From an uncultured SAR86 cluster bacterium (GTDB lineage Bacteria > Pseudomonadota > Gammaproteobacteria > Magnimaribacterales > D2472), in the NCBI GenBank assembly GCA_902591925.1, contig CACJCN010000004.1, positions 15,854-79,853 of the forward strand: a stretch of 64,000 nt of DNA, in the 5' to 3' direction. How positions within the stretch are numbered: the stretch's first letter is position 1; every line of letters begins with the position of its first letter. A program made the translations under genes and the position numbers. The notes below the pieces were generated by a model. That model searched no databases. It saw only the letters and a program-made list of their open reading frames with translations, and was not told the origin of the DNA. This document shows positions 49,899 through 58,763 of this stretch, one piece after another.

Positions 49899-50304
49899 AT
49901 GTTAAGTTATCGTGACAATCACATTCTATTTGCTTACAAATGCTGTGATTTTTATAGTGAGCGTATGCAACAATCATTGAGCCTATCAAAGTAAGAGCTC
50001 TTTCTCCAGCTTCACCAAATAATGTATCCGAGAACAAAACTGCTGAAATCAATAACATCAATCCTGTAATTCCAATTATGAAATATGATGTTTCTTTATG
50101 ATTTTTATATCCAAGCCCTAAAGCAAGAATGCTAATTGGTAATGCAAAAAGCAAGATCAAATAATGAACTAATTCGCTATCAACAGAGAAGGATAAAAAA
50201 CTGTATGACAATACAATTAATGACGGAGCAAAAAAACAATGAATTAAGCAAGCTGTTGATAGTCCAACAGCTAATTTATCAGAATTCATTTGTGCTTTAA
50301 GCAT
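49891..50304 (-). CDS. MerC-domain membrane protein
   Basis: DKLAVGLSTACLIHC, H..H, AH..N. Confidence 0.8.
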   Translation of the reverse strand: MLKAQMNSDKLAVGLSTACLIHCFFAPSLIVLSYSFLSFSVDSELVHYLILLFALPISILALGLGYKNHKETSYFIIGITGLMLLISAVLFSDTLFGEAGERALTLIGSMIVAYAHYKNHSICKQIECDCHDNLTSN

Positions 50305-50703
50305 TTATTTTCTCCAGCCACCTCTATCGAATATCCTTAGATAGGTTAATTGATCATGTTCAGAATCATTAACAACTTTACAATAGTCACCGGACTCTAC
50401 TAAAACCACGTCACCAGCCGAAAGCTCATAGGAGTCTTTATGTTCTATGCCATAGGAAGGATTTGACCCATGGCCTTCATCAGAATTCATGTATTCTACT
50501 ATTTCCATAGTACCTCGACCGTTAGTGATTACGTATACGACGTCAGAATCTATTAACTTATGACCAATAGTTGATTTACCAGGCTGAATAACAGTTTTAC
50601 TTGCAATAACTCTTTGAAGTAAATCATTTGTCCATACTGTGTAGTCATCAGTAACCTTTGATGGCGAGCCACCAATTCTAAAATTTGTGTATTTTTTGGC
50701 CAT
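50305..50703 (-). CDS. Cupin-domain protein
   Basis: PGKSTIGH....VYVI.NGRG.M and AGDVVLVESG cupin strands. Confidence 0.7.
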   Translation of the reverse strand: MAKKYTNFRIGGSPSKVTDDYTVWTNDLLQRVIASKTVIQPGKSTIGHKLIDSDVVYVITNGRGTMEIVEYMNSDEGHGSNPSYGIEHKDSYELSAGDVVLVESGDYCKVVNDSEHDQLTYLRIFDRGGWRK

Positions 50704-50835
50704 AATTTAATTTCCTTCGCTAATTATAATTATTTGATATCAATATACCAGTATATATCCAAATAAGGGTGTTGTTATATATGAATATTTACTATACTTA
50801 TTGAACTATATTTTTTTGAAAGAGGAGCATAAATA

Positions 50836-52128
50836 ATGAGCAAAACATATACTAATCCTGAAACTATTGGACTTCATGCAGGATGGAGAAAAGATGATTC
50901 AACTAATTCTGTTGCTGTGCCGATTCATCAAACATCCAGTTTTCAGTTTGATGATTGTGATCATGCCGCCAATTTATTTGCATTATCAGAATTAGGTAAT
51001 ATTTATTCAAGGATTATGAATCCTACATGCGCTGTTCTTGAAGATAGAATTGCAGCACTTGAGGGTGGAGTAGGTGCTTTAGCTGTAGCTTCTGGTCAAG
51101 CAGCATCCGCCTATGCTATTCAAAACATTGCAAGAAAAGGGGACAACATTGTCGCTTCATCTCATTTATATGGAGGAACTTATAACCAATTTAAAAACCC
51201 TATGTCAGATATGGGAATTGAAGTTAGATTCGTAGATCCTGCTGATCCAAATAATTTTGCAGAAGCCACTGATGAAAACACAAGGGCATATTATGGCGAG
51301 GTCCTTCCAAATCCTAGTTTTGAAGTTTTTCCTATAAGCGAGGTTGCTGAAATAGGCAGACCACTTGGAATTCCTTTAATTGTTGACAATACTGCGGCAC
51401 CAGTAATTTGTAAACCATTTGATCATGGTGCTGCAGCTTTGATTCATTCGACCACTAAATTCATTGGAGGACACGGAACTTCGATTGGAGGTATTATTGT
51501 TGATAGTGGTAATTTTGATTGGGAAGCTTTCCCAGAAAGACAACCTGCATTAAATTCACCTGATCCGTCTTATGGTGGTGCTGTATGGACTGAAGCTGTA
51601 AAACCTTTGGGGCCAATTGCATATATTCTCAAAGCAAGAACAACAATCTTAAGAGATATGGGAGCAGCAATGAGCCCATTTAATGCTTTTATGTTTATTC
51701 AAGGGCTAGAAACCCTAGCTCTAAGAATGAGAGAGCATTCTGCAAATGCTGAGGTAATTGCTAAGTATCTATCAGAGCATGATTCTGTTGAAAGAGTTAT
51801 TTATCCATCCGTAATGGAAGGTTATGCAAAGGATAGAGCTGATAAGTATCTTACGCGTGGTAACGGAGGCCTAATGGGTTTTGAGATTAAAGGCGGAAGA
51901 GAGTCAGGTGAAAAGTTTATTAACGCTCTTGAAATGGTTTACCATGTTGCAAACATTGGCGATTCAAGAAGCTTAGCCATTCATCCAGGTAGTACAACCC
52001 ATAGTCAATTATCAGAGGAAGAATTATTATCTGCCGGTATAACACCTGGTTTTGTAAGGCTTTCAATTGGACTTGAGCATACTGATGATATTATTGCTGA
52101 CTTCGAGCAAGCTTTATCGAAAATTTAA
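50836..52128 (+). CDS. metY: O-acetylhomoserine aminocarboxypropyltransferase
   Basis: GNIYSRIMNPT, HSTTKFIGGHG, HVANIGDSRSLAIHP.STTH.QL. Confidence 0.9.
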   Translation: MSKTYTNPETIGLHAGWRKDDSTNSVAVPIHQTSSFQFDDCDHAANLFALSELGNIYSRIMNPTCAVLEDRIAALEGGVGALAVASGQAASAYAIQNIARKGDNIVASSHLYGGTYNQFKNPMSDMGIEVRFVDPADPNNFAEATDENTRAYYGEVLPNPSFEVFPISEVAEIGRPLGIPLIVDNTAAPVICKPFDHGAAALIHSTTKFIGGHGTSIGGIIVDSGNFDWEAFPERQPALNSPDPSYGGAVWTEAVKPLGPIAYILKARTTILRDMGAAMSPFNAFMFIQGLETLALRMREHSANAEVIAKYLSEHDSVERVIYPSVMEGYAKDRADKYLTRGNGGLMGFEIKGGRESGEKFINALEMVYHVANIGDSRSLAIHPGSTTHSQLSEEELLSAGITPGFVRLSIGLEHTDDIIADFEQALSKI

Positions 52129-52134
52129 TAAATT

Positions 52135-52644
52135 TTGAGCCAAGGGTTAGTAACTTACATAGTTCTTGGCTCTAAAGAGAGGCTGAAGACATTAAAGCTT
52201 CCCGTTTCTAATAGAGAGGAAGAGTATTTATTTGCGAATTTTTCAAATAATGTTTCATGTGAAAAAAAATTAGATCAATTGGTAACTAATTCATGTGGAA
52301 ATTTAATAGTATTCTTACCGCCCTCTGCATTCCCAAACCTAAAAGCTAAAAATGCATTAAAGAAGATAGCAATGCTAGATCTTTCAGCTTGGGGTTGGTT
52401 TCGATTTAAGGAGAAAAAGAATTTTTTACAAAATATAAAAAAAATATCTACAACTCTAAGAAACATACCGAAATTAGAACAAGGAATTTTTTTTAGTAAA
52501 AGGCTATATTTTTCAGTTGGTGGAATTGGAGATTTTGGCTCAGATCCTTTTAAAGAAATCTCAAAAAGATTTTATACAAGAATTGATCCACAAAATCCCT
52601 TACCAGCACTTATAATAAGGACTACAAATCTTGAAATATTCTAA
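52135..52644 (+). CDS. Degenerate GT2-like hypothetical protein
   Basis: WGWFRF and EQGIFF..RLY.SVGG resemble TIGR04283-type transferases, but LPPS replaces LHAD. Confidence 0.45.
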   Translation: MSQGLVTYIVLGSKERLKTLKLPVSNREEEYLFANFSNNVSCEKKLDQLVTNSCGNLIVFLPPSAFPNLKAKNALKKIAMLDLSAWGWFRFKEKKNFLQNIKKISTTLRNIPKLEQGIFFSKRLYFSVGGIGDFGSDPFKEISKRFYTRIDPQNPLPALIIRTTNLEIF

Positions 52645-53222
52645 TGAATAAAAATTCTTTAATAGTTGCACAAAATATTGGTTATAAAATTAATGAAAAT
52701 AAGCTTTTTCACAACATTTCTTTCGATATAAATCAAGGAGAGGCGCTACATATTAAGGGTAGAAATGGATCGGGTAAATCTACATTAATTAGAATAATTT
52801 TAGGAATTACCGAACCAGTAAAAGGAACTTTAGAAAATAAATCAACAAAAGAGATATGCTATTTAGGGCATAAAAATGCTTTAAAAACTTACTTAACTCT
52901 TGACGATAACATTAACTTAATGCAACTAGATAACTCTGAAATGCTAAAATCCTATCTTGATAAACTAGAACTTAATAAATATAGAGATGTCACAGTTTCT
53001 AATTTATCATTTGGACAACAAAAAAAGTTAGCTTTGTTAAGAGTATTTCTAAATAATTCTGATTTAATAATATTGGATGAACCTTTTGTGGGGTTAGATG
53101 ATGATGCGCTCTCAATACTTACTTCATTTTTAAATAATGAATTAAATAAGAATAAGTCATTGGTTTTTACTTCACATATTCCTTGTAACATAAACTCTAA
53201 AATTTTAGAGATGCCAAAATAA
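52644..53222 (+). CDS. ccmA: Heme export ABC ATPase
   Basis: GRNGSGKST, LSFGQQKK, LDEPF; first gene of the ccm run. Confidence 0.9.
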   Translation: MNKNSLIVAQNIGYKINENKLFHNISFDINQGEALHIKGRNGSGKSTLIRIILGITEPVKGTLENKSTKEICYLGHKNALKTYLTLDDNINLMQLDNSEMLKSYLDKLELNKYRDVTVSNLSFGQQKKLALLRVFLNNSDLIILDEPFVGLDDDALSILTSFLNNELNKNKSLVFTSHIPCNINSKILEMPK

Positions 53223-53229
53223 AATAAAT

Positions 53230-53871
53230 ATGTTTGAGCTAGAATTTTTAAAATTAAGAAAGAAAACAAGAAGCTGGCTAGGTCCGATTTTAGTTTTCTG
53301 GTTAATTATGCTTGCATATCCTTTAACTGTTGAATTCCTTCAAGATAAACTAGAAATAGGATTTTTTTCTGTGCTATGGATTGCCATACTAATATCAATG
53401 ATGTTAGCTACAGAGGATATTTTTTCTGAAGATTATAACGATGGATCTCTTGAACAAACCCTAATTAAAAACCCTTCATTTTCTTTTATCATCGTTACTA
53501 AAATATTCACATATTGGCTTTTAATAGGATTGCCTATTTCAATCTTAAGTTTTGTTTTTTCTCTAGGTACTTCAGAGGATTTATCTTTAAGTTTATCAAT
53601 TTTTCCTCTAGCAATAATAAGTTCCTATATTTTCTTAAATTTATTTGTTTTAGGTAATGCACTTAGTTTAAATAAAGGTTCTGTTCTCGGAGCATTAGTC
53701 ACAATGCCTTTAGCACTACCTGTTTTGATCGTATTAGGAAAAGGACTAATTGCAATTCAGTTAGATATAAATTATCAAAGTTTTATTTTTTTATTATTGG
53801 GAAGCTTATCTATTATAATAGTAACTATACCCATAGTAGTATCCTATGTTATTAAGGCTCATTTGGAATAA
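53230..53871 (+). CDS. ccmB: Heme exporter permease B
   Basis: F.EDY.DGSLEQ, L..P..LPVLI. Confidence 0.88.
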   Translation: MFELEFLKLRKKTRSWLGPILVFWLIMLAYPLTVEFLQDKLEIGFFSVLWIAILISMMLATEDIFSEDYNDGSLEQTLIKNPSFSFIIVTKIFTYWLLIGLPISILSFVFSLGTSEDLSLSLSIFPLAIISSYIFLNLFVLGNALSLNKGSVLGALVTMPLALPVLIVLGKGLIAIQLDINYQSFIFLLLGSLSIIIVTIPIVVSYVIKAHLE

Positions 53872-53892
53872 AGTCTTTCAGTACAAAACAAA

Positions 53893-54624
53893 GTGATTAA
53901 AAAATTTATACATCAATTTGCATCTCCAAAAACATACCTATATCAGGTAGGCAGGTTTTATAAATATATTTTTTACTTCTCTTTGGTAATTTACATTATG
54001 TCTATTATTTGGGGTCTTTTTTTTACACCAGAAGATTTTGTTCAAGGAAATTCATATAGAATTATCTATCTGCATGTTCCTGCCTCGTTTTTATCTCAGA
54101 CATTATATTTAGCAATGGCAATATCCAGCGTCACTTATTTAATTTGGAGAGTTAAGCTTGCAGCATACTTAATCATTGCGATTGCGCCTATTGGAGCCAT
54201 GACAACATTTATTGCATTAATATCAGGATCTATATGGGGAATACCCACTTGGGGTACTTGGTGGCAATGGGACGCAAGAATAACATCGACATTAATTTTA
54301 TTTATTATGTATTTAGGTTTAATATCGCTTCATAATTCATTCAGCAATCATGAAAAAGCAGATAAATTGCTGTCATGGTTAGTAATTGTCGGAGCTGCAA
54401 ACATTCCTATCATTAAAAAATCAGTTGATTGGTGGAGCACACTCCATCAGTCTGCATCCATAACATTAACTGATAAGCCCAGTATTGATCCAGTGATGTT
54501 GTATCCTCTGATAGGCTCAATTATAGGATTTTTTGGCTTGATGATTTGTTTAGTTCTACTTTCATCAAAATATCAAATACTCCATAGAGAAAAAAATAAA
54601 TCTTGGGTGAGAGATTATGTTTAA
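53893..54624 (+). CDS. ccmC: Heme exporter protein C
   Basis: YRIIYLHVP, WGIPTWGTWWQWDARITS, VDWWSTLHQ. Confidence 0.95.
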   Translation: MIKKFIHQFASPKTYLYQVGRFYKYIFYFSLVIYIMSIIWGLFFTPEDFVQGNSYRIIYLHVPASFLSQTLYLAMAISSVTYLIWRVKLAAYLIIAIAPIGAMTTFIALISGSIWGIPTWGTWWQWDARITSTLILFIMYLGLISLHNSFSNHEKADKLLSWLVIVGAANIPIIKKSVDWWSTLHQSASITLTDKPSIDPVMLYPLIGSIIGFFGLMICLVLLSSKYQILHREKNKSWVRDYV

Positions 54625-54784
54625 TTTTGCATTTAATTCTTTGTATGAGGCCTTATATATGAATGGTCACGGATTATATGTTTGGAGCGTAGTAATACTA
54701 GTTTTTATTAGTTTATTAGGCTTTTTTATAGGATACACTGTAAAAATTAAAAAAATTAAAGATAAATTAAATGAACCCAATTAG
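54617..54784 (+). CDS. ccmD: Heme exporter protein D
   Basis: Manual translation, 55 aa: MFNFAFNSLYEALYMNGHGLYVWSVV..., TM plus basic tail, between ccmC and ccmE; below the ORF-track cutoff. Confidence 0.85.
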   Translation: MFNFAFNSLYEALYMNGHGLYVWSVVILVFISLLGFFIGYTVKIKKIKDKLNEPN

Positions 54785-55181
54785 AAAGAAACGAATATAC
54801 AGCATTCTTTTTGTATTTTTATTTTCAGTTTCAGGTATTTCACTAATTCTTTACTCATTAAACTCTAATTTAGATTATTTTTTTACGCCAACCGAACTAA
54901 AAGATAGAAATATTCCGGCTGATAAAAGAATTAAGGTTGGAGGTATGGTTTTAAGTGGATCAGTAGAAAGAATTTCATCTTCAATTTCTTTTGTCATCAC
55001 TGATTATGAAAACTCAATTAAAGTTGAATATGAGGGCATAGTCCCAGACTTATTTAAAGAAGATAGCGGTGTTGTCGTTTTAGGAAATTTAAGAGATAAA
55101 ATATTGTATGCAGAAGAAGTTTTAGCTAAGCATGATGAAAACTATATGCCTCCAAATATTGAGTTAAGTAATGATAATTGA
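54771..55181 (+). CDS. ccmE: Cytochrome c maturation heme chaperone
   Basis: FFTPTE, GIVPDLFKE..G.VV.G, LAKHDENYMPP. Confidence 0.95.
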   Translation: MNPIRKKRIYSILFVFLFSVSGISLILYSLNSNLDYFFTPTELKDRNIPADKRIKVGGMVLSGSVERISSSISFVITDYENSIKVEYEGIVPDLFKEDSGVVVLGNLRDKILYAEEVLAKHDENYMPPNIELSNDN

Positions 55182-57066
55182 AATCTCTCATTTTTTATCA
55201 ATTTTAGCTACCGGCTTATTTTTGCTCGTTGGTTATTTCTCTATGCTTACTCCTTCATCAAATTCTAGGTACATATCAAACTTGATTGTTAGAACATATT
55301 CGCATGGATTCTTTTTTCTTCTGTCCTCATTTTTAATATATGTTTGGCTAGCAATTACAGATAATTTTAGTGTTCAATATATTGCAAATCACTCAAATAC
55401 AGCACTTCCGATTTTTTATAAAATTTCTTCGATATGGAGTGCACATGAAGGCTCAATGTTTCTATGGATTGTTTTCTTGTCTTTATGGGGATTTTTATTC
55501 AATATTAGGGTTAAAAATAGTGAAGTTTTAAAGCCTAAAACTATGGGAGTAATTTCTTTAATATTGGTTGGATTTTTAATATTCTTGTTAGCAACATCAA
55601 ATCCTTTTGAAACAATACTTCCAATTCCACCTTTAAATGGAGCTGATATTAATCCAGTCTTGCAAGATCCTGCCTTAGCAATTCATCCCCCAACTCTTTA
55701 TTTGGGATACGTCGGATTTGTAATTCCGTTTGCTTGCTCAATTGCTTTTTTGCTCTATGGCGATTCCAAAATAAACTGGGAAGCTTTAGTAAAAACATGG
55801 TCTGTTTCTGCATGGGTTTTTCTCACAGTTGGTATAACTCTAGGAAGTTGGTGGGCTTATTATGAATTGGGTTGGGGAGGATATTGGTTTTGGGATCCTG
55901 TTGAAAATGTTGCATTAATGCCATGGCTAGCGGCTACTGCATTTATTCATTCGCTTGGAGTATCAATAAAATCATCGCAGCTTAGAATTTGGACAATTTT
56001 ATTATCAATTCTAGTGTTCTCTCTCAGTTTGTTTGGTGCTTTTATTGTTAGATCTGGAATTATTGATAGCGTTCATGCATTTGCAAATGATCCTGATAGA
56101 GGCCTATATCTTCTTGGATTTATTGGAATAATTGTCTTCATATCAGTTTTTTTGTTTATTTTGAGATTATCAAGCATTCAATCCTTGTCGAGAATTAAGA
56201 AATTTTCGAAACAATCATTTATTTCTATAAATAATATTCTTTTTGGAGCTCTTATCTTTTCGGTGATGTTGGGCGTCACTTACCCATTAATTTATGAATT
56301 TTTATTTGATCAAAAAATTAGTGTTGGCGCGCCATTTTATAATGCAATTTTTATCCCAATAGTTGTTTTAGCTGCAATTTTTTTATTTTTCTCAGTTGAT
56401 TCAAAATGGTCAAGAAGCATTAACTTCAAATTTATTTCAGCGCCTATATCATTTTCAATTTTATTATCATTAGCGTTTACTTTATTTATTATGCAATATT
56501 TTGAGTCTCAGAGTATTTCAGTACTTGCTTCGATATTTGCAGGCTCATTGATTATATTTAGATACATATATGAAATTATTAACTCAATTTTTAGTAAGAA
56601 ATTTATAAATCCTTTCAGTGTAATAGCGCATATATCACTTGGATTACTTTTAATATCTATTTCATTCAATAGTCTTTTGAGCACTGAAAGAGCTTTAAGT
56701 ATTGGCTTGAATAGTACTGAGGCATACAAAGACTTAAAAATAAGTTTTAAAGATATTGGTGTGGAAAATAATACTAATTATGATTCAATAAAAGCAACAT
56801 TTCTTGTAGAAGATCAAACCGGTAGAACATTTAATCTTAAGCCAGAAAAAAGAAGATATTTTACTAGAGGTCAAATCACTACAGAAACAGCAATTCATGT
56901 AACACTTTTGAGAGATATCTACATAACAATTGGTGATCAGCTTGATGATGGAAGTTGGATTGTGAATATTCAAATTAACTATTTAATAAGATGGATTTGG
57001 TTATCAGCATTATTGATGGGTTTAGCTGGAGTAGTATTAGTTTTTTCAAATAGGGTCAAAACATGA
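55171..57066 (+). CDS. ccmF: Cytochrome c heme lyase subunit
   Basis: HEGSM, LNPxLQ-like INPVLQD..IHPP, WAYYELGWGGYWFWDPVEN. Confidence 0.95.
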   Translation: MIIEISHFLSILATGLFLLVGYFSMLTPSSNSRYISNLIVRTYSHGFFFLLSSFLIYVWLAITDNFSVQYIANHSNTALPIFYKISSIWSAHEGSMFLWIVFLSLWGFLFNIRVKNSEVLKPKTMGVISLILVGFLIFLLATSNPFETILPIPPLNGADINPVLQDPALAIHPPTLYLGYVGFVIPFACSIAFLLYGDSKINWEALVKTWSVSAWVFLTVGITLGSWWAYYELGWGGYWFWDPVENVALMPWLAATAFIHSLGVSIKSSQLRIWTILLSILVFSLSLFGAFIVRSGIIDSVHAFANDPDRGLYLLGFIGIIVFISVFLFILRLSSIQSLSRIKKFSKQSFISINNILFGALIFSVMLGVTYPLIYEFLFDQKISVGAPFYNAIFIPIVVLAAIFLFFSVDSKWSRSINFKFISAPISFSILLSLAFTLFIMQYFESQSISVLASIFAGSLIIFRYIYEIINSIFSKKFINPFSVIAHISLGLLLISISFNSLLSTERALSIGLNSTEAYKDLKISFKDIGVENNTNYDSIKATFLVEDQTGRTFNLKPEKRRYFTRGQITTETAIHVTLLRDIYITIGDQLDDGSWIVNIQINYLIRWIWLSALLMGLAGVVLVFSNRVKT

Positions 57067-57584
57067 ATTTATTATTAAGATTAATAGTTTTCACAGTCCC
57101 AACAACTTTCATATTATTATTTTTTATGATTTTAACAAATGAAGATACATATCCTGGAGCTGACTATGATCAATTTCAGGTCCCTGAATTTGAATTAAAA
57201 GTTCTTGATAATTCAATTTCAGTCAAAAGTGACTTTTTAAATGGTGATTACGTCTTAAATGTATGGGCGAGCTGGTGTGTAACTTGCATCATAGAACATC
57301 CATACCTAACAAGCTTAAGCAAAAATGGCATACCTATTATTGGATTAAATTACAAAGATGAACAAGAAGATGCCATCATTTGGTTAAAAAAATATGGCAA
57401 TCCGTATCAAACAATATTGCATGATTATCAGGGAAATTTGGCACTTGATTTAGGTGTGACAGGAGCACCAGAAACATTTTTGATTAACGATGGTAAAGTT
57501 ATCGCTCATTATCAAGGTGAGGTAAACGATCAAATATGGAATGATGTTTTTTTGCCAGTTATAAAAGATAGGAAAATGTTTTAG
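57063..57584 (+). CDS. ccmG: Thiol:disulfide interchange protein DsbE/CcmG
   Basis: NVWASWCVTC..EHP, LGVTGAPETF. Confidence 0.92.
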   Translation: MNLLLRLIVFTVPTTFILLFFMILTNEDTYPGADYDQFQVPEFELKVLDNSISVKSDFLNGDYVLNVWASWCVTCIIEHPYLTSLSKNGIPIIGLNYKDEQEDAIIWLKKYGNPYQTILHDYQGNLALDLGVTGAPETFLINDGKVIAHYQGEVNDQIWNDVFLPVIKDRKMF

Positions 57585-57953
57585 ATGAGATATTTATATA
57601 TATTTTTATTGTTCTCATCATTAAACATCTCATCAGATAACTTATATTATTTTGAAGATGAGCAAGATGAAAATAGATTTAACAATTTAATAAAAGATAT
57701 CAGATGCCCTAAGTGTACTTCTGGTTCTTTATCAAGTTCAAATGCTCCAATATCTGAAGATTTAAAAATTAAGATTGCAGAAATGATCAATGAAAACAAA
57801 ACTGATCAAGAAATCAAAGACTATGTTTCGTCAAGATTTGGACAAGATTCTTTATATAAACCTGAGTTAAATAACTCAACCTATATTTTATGGTATTCTC
57901 CTTTTGCTTTTTTACTTTTAGCTTTTTTAATTTTTTTCTTTAGAAAAAAATAA
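57585..57953 (+). CDS. ccmH: Cytochrome c biogenesis protein CcmH
   Basis: IRCPKC..SL..SNAPIS.DL, RFG...LYKP. Confidence 0.9.
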   Translation: MRYLYIFLLFSSLNISSDNLYYFEDEQDENRFNNLIKDIRCPKCTSGSLSSSNAPISEDLKIKIAEMINENKTDQEIKDYVSSRFGQDSLYKPELNNSTYILWYSPFAFLLLAFLIFFFRKK

Positions 57954-58738
57954 TGTTTATTTTTTATCTATTAACAACATTAGCAGCTTTGCCAATAATT
58001 GCTTATGTTTTGGCTCAGAAAACGATAAATAAGGGGTTAATTCTTGGATCATCATTGTTAATCCTTTCCTTATGCCTGTTTATGTTTATAAGTAAATTTG
58101 CATTTATTGGTTCATTTGAAAAACAAACACTAAATAATAAAATTTTTGATGAAATTTATATTGATTCAGCAATACCTGTTGAATATTTTATACAACTAGA
58201 AAATATTCTTGATGAAGATGAATTGAAGAATTGGCTAGTAGGCCTAATTGGCAAATCAATAGATTTGAAAAAACTCAAGTCAGCCGAGAGTTTGGTAGCT
58301 TTTTCAGAGAGATTTTTTATATCAAATAATGAAAAGCTTATCTTTTATAACTTATATTCTGCTTTAAGAGATGAGAAATTTCCTAAATTTAAGAACTCTA
58401 GTTTTAAGATAGACCCTAGCTCATTGTATCCATGCTCTATAAAAAATGGAGAAGTTACTCTTTTCATAGCAAATGGTCCTGAAATACCAATTGCAAGAAA
58501 AGAATTCAAAAACAAAGATAATATTTTATTAAATAATCTAGATAGTGTGATACCTGGATTTGATTTAGCATCTGCATATTTAAACCAAGAATCTATTGAG
58601 GTAAAAATTAAAATTAATTGTTTGGATGATCGGCAAACATTTTTTATGCAAAATACAATAGTTATTAATCAAAATACATCTTCTAATTCATACATAATTA
58701 ATTTAAATGAATGGTTTAAAACCCCACAAGAGTTATAA
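57953..58738 (+). CDS. Divergent CcmI/CycH-like membrane protein
   Basis: Position after ccmH; two N-terminal TMs; C-terminal VTLFIA..GP.IPIA resembles the CycH C-terminal domain. Confidence 0.5.
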   Translation: MFIFYLLTTLAALPIIAYVLAQKTINKGLILGSSLLILSLCLFMFISKFAFIGSFEKQTLNNKIFDEIYIDSAIPVEYFIQLENILDEDELKNWLVGLIGKSIDLKKLKSAESLVAFSERFFISNNEKLIFYNLYSALRDEKFPKFKNSSFKIDPSSLYPCSIKNGEVTLFIANGPEIPIARKEFKNKDNILLNNLDSVIPGFDLASAYLNQESIEVKIKINCLDDRQTFFMQNTIVINQNTSSNSYIINLNEWFKTPQEL

Positions 58739-58763
58739 TAGTTCTATTAAATTGATTCTTTAA

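Noticed and set aside
50795-50835. SAM-V/SAM-II-like riboswitch before metY (TTGAACTATATT)
   Set aside because: Only a short AT-rich resemblance; no supporting P1 or pseudoknot pairing. An Infernal search would settle it.
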